DNA of 64,000 nucleotides from Folioceros fuciformis. Taxonomy: Eukaryota. The number at the start of each line of letters is the position of its first letter. Position 1 is the first letter of the stretch. Position numbers and translations under genes: made by a program. Location: assembly GCA_049999805.1 (NCBI GenBank), contig JBNGIO010006356.1, forward strand, positions 1 through 64,000. Reading direction: 5' to 3'. The notes under the pieces are model-generated. The model was given only the letters and a program-made list of their open reading frames with translations. It did no database searches and was not told the origin of the DNA. Below, piece by piece: positions 21,401 to 30,620 of this stretch.

Positions 21401-22852
21401 CACAGCAAGCGCCTCTTGTCCGAGTCCTTGCTGTGCATACCCAGCGATGAGGGCGGTCCATGTCACCACATTCTTTGTTGCCAAGCCATCAAAAACCTGG
21501 CGTGCATCTCCCAGTTCACCACATTTTGCATACATGTCTAGCAGGCAGGTGCCCATCATTACGTTATCCAGGAGACCTCTTTCAACAATCTGCGAGTGCA
21601 GCTGCCTACCCTCCTGTAAGTCTCCAGTGCTTGCACAGGCCTTCAGAAGGCAAGAAAAAGTGACATGGTCAGCCAAAATCAGCCCTGCTTCCTCCATTTG
21701 TCTATACACCGCAAGTGCCTCATGTCCGAGCCCTTGATGGGAATACCCAGAAATCAGCACGGTCCACGTCACCACATCCTTTGCCTTCATGCTCTCAAAA
21801 ACCTGGCGAGCGTCTTCCAGTTGACCACATTTTGCATACATGTCCACCAGGCAGTTGCCAACAATCAAATTAGTAGGAATGCCACTCTGCACTACATCAC
21901 AGTGCACTTTCCTGCCAGACTCCAAGTCAGCGGCAAAAGCACAAGCTTGAAGGACAGCTACAAAGACGTGAGCATCAGGTTGCACTCCCGACCTGCACAT
22001 CTCATGGTACAATTGTACGGCCTCATTAGGCTTCCCATGCTTAGCGTATGCGGAGATAATGGAAGACCACATGAAGGCATCCGGTTTCCCCACTCTGGTG
22101 AGCACATTCATGGCCTCCTCTAGCCTTCCTCGACATGCATACATGCGTAAGATATGGTTCCCCAAGTATGCATTCGACTCGTACCCAAGTTGGACACAGA
22201 GGTCATGAACTCGTCGTCCCACAACCAGATCCTTCTTAGCTATACATAGTTTCAGCACAGTATAAAACAGAGACAGAGAAACAGCAGAGTCTGTCTGCGC
22301 CAGAGATTCCAGGGCTCTAGCGGCCTCAGCAAGCTTCCCCTGCTGACATAACAAAGGCACGGTTCCAGCCGTTACGACACCCAGTTCCGATCCTGCACGC
22401 CTCCAGGGTTCAGGATTATCCGGGGAGCTGGTCTCAGAAGGGGAGGCAACATGGCCCATCTGGATATCCAAGGAAATGAGCTGCTCATCAACCCAAGCTG
22501 GCTTCAACATGTTGTTTAACCACAGGACCTCGCCGGACCCCTTACGCCTGAAGTCAGGCGAACGGGAGCCCTTCTTGTCTCGTCTGTTATCCCACCACAT
22601 GGAAGGGTTCAGAAAAAATTGTTGCCACAAGTGCTCTTGCTCCTGGCGACGACCATCCTGGGAAATCCCTTCCTCACCCACACATTTCATGGGAAGCGGA
22701 AGCGCTGGGCTCCTTACACACCTGCACCTGGCGGCATTGTTTGCAACGGATTCAGTCCCTACAGTGAGGTGAGCTGGAGCTCCCAGCAGAATCCCAGTAA
22801 ACACACCAAGTTGTTGGGTCCACAACGGGTCCGCTTGCCACACGGTGGCCAT
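18413..22852 (-). CDS. PLS-class pentatricopeptide repeat protein with E and DYW:KP (GRP-ending) domains and an N-terminal PDF motif; candidate organellar RNA-editing factor
   Basis: Intronless 1479-aa ORF with about 32 P/L/S motifs and E motifs. The C-terminal domain has a KKPAVTTIEV box, HAEKLA and CGDC zinc ligands, and ends HRFVNGSCSCKGRP. The N-terminus carries WWDNR..K...SPDF. Confidence 0.95.
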   Translation of the reverse strand: MATVWQADPLWTQQLGVFTGILLGAPAHLTVGTESVANNAARCRCVRSPALPLPMKCVGEEGISQDGRRQEQEHLWQQFFLNPSMWWDNRRDKKGSRSPDFRRKGSGEVLWLNNMLKPAWVDEQLISLDIQMGHVASPSETSSPDNPEPWRRAGSELGVVTAGTVPLLCQQGKLAEAARALESLAQTDSAVSLSLFYTVLKLCIAKKDLVVGRRVHDLCVQLGYESNAYLGNHILRMYACRGRLEEAMNVLTRVGKPDAFMWSSIISAYAKHGKPNEAVQLYHEMCRSGVQPDAHVFVAVLQACAFAADLESGRKVHCDVVQSGIPTNLIVGNCLVDMYAKCGQLEDARQVFESMKAKDVVTWTVLISGYSHQGLGHEALAVYRQMEEAGLILADHVTFSCLLKACASTGDLQEGRQLHSQIVERGLLDNVMMGTCLLDMYAKCGELGDARQVFDGLATKNVVTWTALIAGYAQQGLGQEALAVYGQMEDAGLTLANHVTFACLLKACATTRALKEGRHLESQIVERGLLGNVVLGNSLVDMYAKCGELEDARRVFQSLPTKDAVTWNVLIAGYAQQGLGQEALLVYEQMEEANPILADQVTFSCLLKACTTTGALQKGMQLHAQIVERGLLDDVVVGNCLVDMYAKFGELEDARQVFDSLATKDVVTWTALIAGYSQKGRGQDALVVYGKMEKAGLILADHVTFTCLLKACGSTGALQKGMQLHSQIVERGLLDDVVMGNCLVDMYAKCGEVGAARQVFDSMAVKDVVTWNVMIAGYAQQGLGQEALGVYEQMEETGPTLADHVTFACLLKACGSTGALWKGMQLHSEIVERGLLENMVVGSCLVDMYVKCGRLKRAHQVFDSLATKSVVTWTVLIAGYSEQGLGHEALVLYEQMEEEGLILADHVTFACLLKACGSIGALQKGMQLHSQVVERGLLDNVVVGTCLVDMYAKCGELEDARQVFYTLATKDVVTWNALIAGYTRQGLGHEALVVYGRMEEAGLVLADHVTFACLLKACGSSGALQKGMQLHSQIVKRGLLDEVVVGNCLVGMYTKCGELEDARHVFDNMATKDVVTWNTMIAGYAEQGLGQEALAVYGQMEEADLGLADHVTFSCLLKACGSSGALQKGRQLHSQIVDRGLLDDVVVGNRLVDMYVKCGELEEARHVLDSMTQRDVVTWTALIAGYGACDEGHKALGCFDEMLMAGVRPNEATFTCLLTACSHEGLVHEGCKHFDSMAERHGINPTIEHYTCMIDLLGRAGHLEEAEKMLLSCEGQSNVVGLRSLLNACKIHGDVDRALWCFERIVRLEPQDATAYVLMANAYADAGRWPDVDKIETQRRVAGANKKPAVTTIEVNKQIHRFVVGETREDIALKVKSTNARLKQEGGHLPQTNLVLKPLSENEKEDALCGHAEKLALAFGLLNTPSGTTLMVTKNLRMCGDCHSSTEIMSRLEQRDIVVRDGYRVHRFVNGSCSCKGRP

Positions 22853-23286
22853 AGTTTAGCTACCGCTGTCGGAAGATGGTTCCAACAACAGATAATGGCA
22901 GGATGCCCAGGTCCTGTGCACGATGACACCATACGGGGCTGGTTCTCATGAACACGGGCCGAACCCGACGGCCTTACATCCAAACAAATCTGCGGAGGTG
23001 CACAACTACACCAAATAAAATAGTCCAAGCCGAGATCTCAGACATGCCGATACAGAGATGAGCTCCCATAATTCCACGACCGGGGCATTCGTTGTGCTTC
23101 ATGAAGCATCGACCGGGCAGCGGCCACTACAGACTCCCCGTTCATGTGAACTGGTGTCCGCTGTCAAACGAGGCCCGGACGAAACCGTTCCCACCAAAAC
23201 GGTCAAATGGGATTCCCTTGAACCCGTTCCGTACAGAGCACCAAACTCTCTGCTCTCGGCCGTGATGCGACTCCGGGAGAAAAGCG

Positions 23287-23467
23287 AGTTTGGCTCCTCG
23301 GTGCTCACAGGTGCTAAGATGGTACCACCTACTGGAAACTGTTAAGATATTCAAAGTTGAGTCGATTCAGAAATCTAGTTTGGCTCCTCGGTGCTCACAG
23401 GTGCTAAGATGGTACCACCTACTGGAAACTGTTAAGATATTCAAAGTTGAGTCGATTCAGAAATCTA
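23287..23467. repeat. Perfect 90-bp tandem duplication
   Basis: agtttggctcctcggtgctcacagg...gattcagaaatct starts at 23287 and 23377. The ORF track shows the duplicated peptide LAPRCSQVLRWYHLLETVKIFKVESIQKS. Confidence 0.95.
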
Positions 23468-23739
23468 TGATGTTATGAAGGTCGGCAACCTCTATGGTTG
23501 ACCCAGAGACCCAACCAAAGGCTATCATAGCTAATGTGCTCATGTGAAGCCTTCTGCTTATCTCTAGATAAGTAACACAGGCCAACAGTGCGATAGAGAT
23601 TTTAAACTTTGAGAATATGTGGTGTTTTATACAATGTGAAAGCTTCATTTGACAAAGGTCCCTTAGATAAGAGATGGCCACACCATTAATGGTATGGTGA
23701 CCAATGAAAAGTGATTGATCAATGAAAAATCCTACCCAC

Positions 23740-24025
23740 CATAGAGCTCACCACATTCTAGTCTTTGTGGATAACTATACGTGGAGAAAATAGACTTACT
23801 TCTTGAAGGAAAATCCCAACTATTCTTATCTTTCAAGACATGGAAGACCTCGACAGAAACAGATGTGGTGAACACTTGAAGACTTTTCCAAGTGATAATG
23901 AAGGAGAATATATATCTTCTCAGTTCACAAGCTTTGATAAGGAGAACAACATACAACTCGAGATTCCGCACAAGCCAAAGCAAAATGAGGTGGTTGAGCA
24001 CAAGCTTCGAAGCCTCGGTTGAAGT
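23740..24025 (+). mobile_element. Degenerate Ty1/copia integrase fragment
   Basis: Peptide LKTFPSDNEGEYISSQF...IPHKPKQNEVVEHKLRSL resembles the copia integrase core (LRSDNGGEY...PYTPQQNGVAERKNRTL). Frameshifted. Confidence 0.7.
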
Positions 24026-24029
24026 TGCA

Positions 24030-24380
24030 TCTAACCATCCTTTCTCCAACATAATTCTGGGTACTACTACAGACAGAAATATGCTCAACACATAGATTGC
24101 TGTCATTACTGCCTTTCCAAAAAAATGTACCATGCACTTCACCGCTTCAACTAGGCTTCTTAGCTTGTGCTTTGCCACTCCACTTTTCTTAATGTGTGAG
24201 AAGTGGGGAGTTGTCATTGAATGTTGTACTCTTAACAAAACTTTAAATTGAGAAGAATCTTACACATATTCTGTTTCATTGTCATCATAACATATCTTCA
24301 AGCATTCTCCATATCTATTTCTACCAATGCCTTCCACTTCTTGAATGTCATGAACACATGGCATTCTCCTTTAAGATTTA
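24030..24380 (-). mobile_element. Second degenerate copia integrase fragment, opposite orientation
   Basis: Minus strand reads LKGECHVFMTFKKWKALVE...DDNETEY...SGVAKHKLRSLVEAVKCM...FFGKAVMTAIYVL, matching the copia integrase pattern (FKEWKALVE...NRTLVE.ARCM...FW.EAV.TA.Y). Confidence 0.7.
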
Positions 24381-25108
24381 AGATGTAGGGTCAAACCTAA
24401 ACCCTAAAGCACCATGATGTCTCACTCACCTATAACGCACCTTGATGCACACCATTAGAGGCCAAACAAGACAACTTCATCACAATTGGTCCTATAATGC
24501 ACCTTGATGTTTCACACACTTGTAAAGCACCTTGATGCATACAATTAGAGGCCAAACAACTTGAAGACAACTACTTCACCTTGATAACAATAACAAGCTA
24601 TACTAATTTGCATAGGCTCTTCCTGACATGTAGTCTTCAAAGCCACAAACATTGCAAATGAAACAAGAGATAACAATCCTATAAAACGTATTATTGAGTA
24701 CTCTAAACCTCTCATGAACCAGAGGGAGGACCTACGATTTGGAACTAGGGGAATTGATACACGATGAGTCCCAAGATCAAGTCACTTCAAAACATGAGAA
24801 CAAGAAATTCTTGCATATATATATAGGCTCTAAGCAAGGCAATATTCTGATAAGGGCTAACATTACCCCGATCGTGACCTTATCTATACAGGTGTAGGAT
24901 ATATTTTCCTAGGCTCTCTAGAGTAAATATTTTGTTGCACTTGCCCTATGGGTTTATGTGAGTAAAAGGCTAGAAGGGATGTTGGCTGCGGATCGTATCC
25001 CGTTGTGAATTCAGACGTGTTTCCCTACTACTAATGCCACACGCTACGAAACGCAAGTCTGACGAGTTTTTGGCTTGGAGTCATTTGACATGAGAAGGCA
25101 CATGGCCC

Positions 25109-26582
25109 TCAGAAGAGCAAGGGCTCGCCATTGATGTAGAGCAATTCCTCCTCTCCCTCCCTGTGATAGTAAACATTCTTGGTGCGGTCGAGATGTCGGT
25201 CGGGATGTACGAGGATCGCGGTTTTGGTGCGGTCAGGCTTGATCCCGCGATGAAAGGACTGAAGCACGTGGTCGGTTCGGTCCGCCTGCTTTCGCACCAA
25301 GTATCGAGCGGGATTGTGGTCATCGATGAGCTGCGGCGCGGGCCCAATGAATTCTTCCCGCCCGACATCGCATGTGGTGATGAAGGACTGCCGAGATCGA
25401 GTTCCAGCCGCAACTCTGTGGTACACCGCGTGGCACTTACCGTTGCTCAGAGTCTGCCATGTTTAATTGCAACGCATCCATGAGTCAGACAGACTTGAAG
25501 GCGGGCGGATCTTGCTAGCGCAATGTTGGCGAGCACGTTACCTCCATGTCCTCTCCGATGGTGAAGAGCGCGCGGTCGAGCAGCGGCGGCACGGTGAACC
25601 ACCCGCCGTCATGGAAGACCTCCAAGCCCGGCACGCCGTCGGCGACGTGGAAGTCGAAGAGGTTGCTGTCGGTGTGCGTGGGCAGGCCCACACCCTTTCC
25701 CTCGCCTGGGGGCCGGGCCAGGCGGCTGGCCAACACAAGGTTGAGCAGCAGCGGCCCGTAGGTGTCGGAGATGTAGGACTCTGACAGGCCCAGCCCCTCC
25801 GTGAGCAGGCCTCCCAGGAAGTGCGCCGCCGCCAGGATCCGGTCCCCGTACAGCGACATCTTCTCCCTGAAGCTGGGGAGCGCAGGAGGCCAGACCTTCT
25901 CCACTCGGTGGGATTCCGGGAGCACTCGGAGGCGGAACACCTCTCGAATCTTGGGCTCCGGCAGCGTTGCTCCTAGTGTGTCGGCGGCGTCGCCACCGAA
26001 GTCGACGCCGTAGCCGTAGGTACGCCCGTCGTTGATCTTCAACGTCGCTCTCGTCTTCACCTTCTCCTCCAGGGGCTGCGAGAAGAAGCGGAGGATTTCG
26101 GCCCGAACGTCGGCCAGGAGGGCCTGGTCCACGCCGAAGTTGGAGATGTAGAACAATCCTGTCTCCGCGCCCGCCAGCGCCTGCTCCACCAGCTCCGCCC
26201 GCCGCGCTGGCGACGGCTTCAGGCCTTCCAGATCCAGCGTCCTACCGACCAGCTCCTTCTGCACCCTGCTCCACTCGGCAGGGTCTTTCAAATCCTCTGC
26301 CGCCTCTTCCCTGACGGTCACGGCCATCCCACCAGCGGATGAGCTCGCTCGCCATCGGGCAACATGCCGCCGTACAGGACGCCCTGAAAGAACGAGCCCG
26401 GCATTGCCATCACGCCCGTATGCAGTGCGCCATTCCTTCAGCGATGACGTTGCAGCAAGTAGCGGTGAGGGTGCAGACCCACCTCCATAGTGTGCCTGCG
26501 CCGTGGGATGACCTTGGTGGGCGTCGCCAGAATTCTTGCCAGAGGTACAGAATGGGAACAATTGTTGGGGGTAGAGGGCCAT
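25109..26582 (-). CDS. 2-oxoglutarate/Fe(II)-dependent dioxygenase (DOXC-like), 2 exons
   Basis: Exon 1 runs 26582-25542 (GLFYISNFGV, FFSQPLEEK, HTD, PGLEV, IGEDME). A GT-AG intron follows. Exon 2 runs 25453-25109 (TLSNGKCHAVYHRV...RSRQS). HxD...H and RxS are intact. Alternative ATG at 26327. Confidence 0.9.
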
Positions 26583-27537
26583 TGCTCCCGCTTCTCAATC
26601 GGAACTGGGAATTGCAGTTTGTGGGCACACAACATTGTCGCCACTGGCAAGCATCTCTTTTGTAGGTCTCCCTGCAGGCGAAGATATTCGGCAACAAACG
26701 AAGCGAGGGTTGAACTGCGTTAACGACATGTCAAATGTCCTGTGAACGTCATTTCTGGCTTCATGTCTCTGTTCACGTAGCCGTTCGATGCTTATCAGGC
26801 AGACATGGCCCCACCGGAACCCACAGGAGTGTGCAGCTTACCCACGGTGAACTGCTGACCAAGGCAGAACCATCGTCTCCCTCGTGTATCAGACAGATCC
26901 TTTGCTGCTCATACACGTACAGTATGTACGTTCCATTCTCTCGGAAACCGCCTCGATGTGTTTCACTTTACCTGAGATGCCTCATCGTAGGATGCTTTCA
27001 AACGGCTAGAGCATCCACAGGCATGCGAACTTGTCGGGACTGGGCCTGGGTGACGAGCTCCCTCCCGTGTGCGATTACCGGGTCCATGAAAAGAAAACGA
27101 GGGCATCCATGCTCTACGTATTCCATGCTCTTCGTCTTCCATGACAAGGATGAAGATATGGCACATACAAGAAGAGAGGCGGATGGGACAGGCACTGTGT
27201 TTTCACACACCCAAACCCAAATTCCTGTATGCAACCAGCCGGTCATTTTAATGTTCCATAATTAATATAAGCAATGTTGCGATTTCGTGTCCTGAAGGTT
27301 CGTGAGGACCTTCCTTGGGATTGTCCACGAAAATCATACAACACGGCTACATTCGCCCCTCCACCAATGGGCAATGGACTTCTTGGGCCAGATTAGCCCC
27401 CACGAAGGTCCGGGAGGAGCTTCCTTGGAACGATTTCTCAACATTATGTTTTCCCGCCTCCGGATCTAGAGGGAAGTATTGTGGCCGACAAAAGAGTTCG
27501 ACACCTCGGAGCAATTGTGAGTTCGTGGGTTTTGAAA

Positions 27538-28924
27538 ATGGGTGACCACGCCATTTCTGTGAGTCCTGGAGATGTCGACGCTCTGATGACTCTTCAGCTT
27601 GCAAGCCTGCGCTCCGGAGTGCTGAGTGTAGCTGTAAAGCTCGGCATTGCAGACATCATTGCAGGGGCGGGGCAGGGCTCCCTGCTCACAGCTCAAGAGA
27701 TTGCCGCCCAGCTGCCCACATCCAATCCTGGCGTCGCAGCGCTCAGTCGCATTCTTCGATTTCTCGTTGCCCACAAGGTGTTCCGAGCGGAGTACGGTAT
27801 GTCTGGGCGGCGTTTGGATTTCGAGTGCACTCGCGTCCGCCTACATTGTGAAGTTCTGTTTCTGGTTTGTAAAACAGAGTGACAGTACTCGTGCTTGAAT
27901 GTGTAGGAGATGGCCCCTCGGAGGTCCGGTATGGTCTCACGCCCATTTCCCAACTTATGGTCAGCAGGACGGTCCGCTCAAATGTTCCGATTCTGCGGTG
28001 TGTTCTACATCCTACCTTCACCGCTCCATTTTGGTATCTTCAAGAGGCAGTTCTGAAGGAGGGCTCCGAGCCTTTTCGTGTGGCCAACGGTGGCAAGGAT
28101 CTCTGGGGCGTTTGCAAGGAGGATGAGGAGTTCGGTGCCTTGTTCCATGGACTCATGGCCACTCTCAGTAACCAGATTCTGGACGCCATCATTCCTGAGT
28201 ACCAGGGCTTCAAGGATGTCGGTGTGGTTGCTGACGTCGGAGGAGGTGTCGGCGCCAGTCTGCGCAAAATCGTCCAGACTAATCCCCACATCAAAGGGAT
28301 CAACTTTGACCTGCCCGAGGTGGTAGCCGAAGCTCCTGACATACCTGGTGGGTGAACGCATTGGACTGTTGCGTTGTGCCATGACTTCTTTCACACTCGT
28401 TGTGCCCACAATTGTCAATGAAGGATCTGACCGTGTGTCTTTCTTGGTCAGGGGTGACTCACGTTGGGGGAGACATGTTCAAAAGCGTACCTAGCGCGGA
28501 TGCCATCTACATGAAGGTAAACACTGTCGTTGCAGAAGCCCTACTGCCTCCCATGATCCTTCCCTTCTTTGTGTGCATAGCGTCTGGAGGAAGTAGTTCA
28601 GGAAATTCCTGCGTTTATGTGCAGTGGATTCTTCATGACTGGAACGACGAAGAGAGCATCCAGATTCTTAAAAACTGCTGGAAGGCGGTGCCGGAGGATG
28701 GGAAGGTTGTGCTCCTGGAGGCAGTGGTACCGGCCGTCATTGGTCAGGGGAACGAGAAGCCGTCCCGAGTCCTAGATGCCGACATGCTAATGCTTGCCCA
28801 TACCAATGGCAAGGAAAGAACCAGTGCCGAGTGGCAAGCAATCCTTTCTGCAGCAGGATGGCCCCGAGTAGAATTTATTTCATTCCCTGGCGACCTCTCC
28901 ATCATCGAAGGACACAAAAGATGA
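27538..28924 (+). CDS. Plant class II (COMT-like) SAM-dependent O-methyltransferase, 4 exons
   Basis: Exons approximately 27538-27796, 27907-28347, 28452-28516 and 28625-28924. Has the dimerisation domain (AVKLGIADII...RILRFL) and motifs VADVGGGVG, NFDLPEV, GGDMF, KWILHDWNDE and GKERT. Confidence 0.93.
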
Positions 28925-29440
28925 GCAATGGAAAGTTCTGCGAATTGGAGCCACAGCCAGGGTTTCGGTGTTCCGTGTTCCCAACTTGTGGTGTGCTACT
29001 CACTCTTCTCAAAATCTCCACACCTCTTCACAAACCGTGAGAGCTACAATCCCAGTCTTTTACCCCAGTATATTCCTTGTTCACTACATCATTCCATGGT
29101 GCTCCTATCCAACAGTCCTTCTGAACCCTTACGCATTTTAGTGGCTACTTGGCATTCCATCGTGCCGTCTTGTGTACTCGTTATCACACAAAGCTATCAC
29201 TAAGTGTCTTACCTTACTTGGCTCTGGATTTTGAATGACACAAAGAGTTGAAAGAACGAGTCTGAACGAGTACTCCCATGTTGTGTACCAAACGGGAAGT
29301 TGGGAGGCTGTCACCCAACGTCGGGGAATTTCGTGTGACGTGAAATTTCTTCAACGTGTTTCTATGCTTGCTTTTGAAGGGATTTGTGAATCGCGTGCAA
29401 CAAATCTGTTGCAGTTGGATGGAGACGCTGGGTACATTCT

Positions 29441-30620
29441 TCGCATTCTTCGATTTCTCGTAGCCCACGAAGGTATTCCGAGGCCGAAACGGTATATCTG
29501 GGCGGCATTTGGCTTTCGAGTGCAGTCACATCCGCCTACATTGAAGAGTTGTGGGTGTACTTTGTAGAACAGAGTGACAGCAATCGTGCTTGAATGTGTA
29601 GGAGATGGCCCTTCGGAGGTCCGATACGGTCTCACGCCCATTTCACAACTCATGGTCTGACTCAGCAGCTGGGTCTGCTCGAACGCTCCGATTCTGCGGT
29701 GTGTTCTACATCCTAGCTTCACCACTCCATTTTGGTTGCGTTAAGAGGCAGTTCTGAAGGAGGGGTCCGAGCCTTTTCGTGTGACCAACGACGCTAAGGA
29801 TTTCTGGGAGCTTTGCAAGGAGGATCAGGAGTTCGGCACCTTGTTCCCATGGCCAGTCTCAGTGGCCGGTTGCTGGACGCCATCATTCCTGCATACCAAG
29901 GTTTCAAAGATGTCGGTGTGGTGGCTGACGTCGGAGGAGGTGTCGGCATGAGTCTGCGCAAAATCATCCAGACTAATCCTCACATCAAAGGCATCAACTT
30001 TCACCTGCCCAAGGTGGTCGCCATAGCTGCCGAAATACTGTTCCTGGTGGGTGAACGGTAAGACAGTAGCAATGTGCCATGACCTGCTTTATACTCGTTA
30101 AGGCCTCAATTGTGACTGATCTGACTGTGTGTCTTTCTTGGTCCGGGGTCACGCACGTTCGGGGCGATATGTTCGAAAGCGCACATAATGCGGATGCTAT
30201 GTACATACATGAAGGTAAACACTGTCGTTGTACAAGCCATTTGGCCTTCCTTGATCCTTCCCTCCTTTGATACCGTCTGGAGGAAGTATGTAGAACCTTC
30301 AGGAAATGCTGCCTGCTTTCATGTGCAGTGGATTCTTCACGACTGGAACGACGAACGGAGCATCGACATTCTGCTACACGGCTGGATGGCGGTGGCGGAG
30401 GAGGGGAAGGTTGTGCTCCTGGAAGCAGTGGTCCTGGCCCCTGGTCAGGAAAACGAGAAGCCACCCCGAGAACTAGACATGCTAGTGCTTGCGCATACGT
30501 ATACCAATGGCAAGGAGAGATTCGACCGCTGCCGAGTGGCAAGCAATCCTTTCTGCTGCAGGATGGCGCCGAGTAGAATTTGTTCCATACGCTCCAGCTT
30601 GCGAAGGACTCAAAAGATGA
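29441..30620 (+). pseudogene. 5'-truncated tandem-duplicate pseudogene of the O-methyltransferase
   Basis: Exons and introns are colinear with 27747-28924, but there are premature stops (atggtctga ~29660, tgcgttaa ~29744) and frameshifts. Motifs are altered (DLP to HLP, GGDMF to RGDMF) and most of exon 1 is absent. Confidence 0.85.

Noticed and set aside
19318-22123. Many repetitive plus-strand ORFs (e.g. KTWRASSSSPHFAYMSTR repeats)
   Set aside because: Antisense reading of the PPR tandem array.
24393-24408. Telomere-like aaacctaaaccctaaa motifs (also ~37226)
   Set aside because: Only 1-2 units; too short to call an interstitial telomere.
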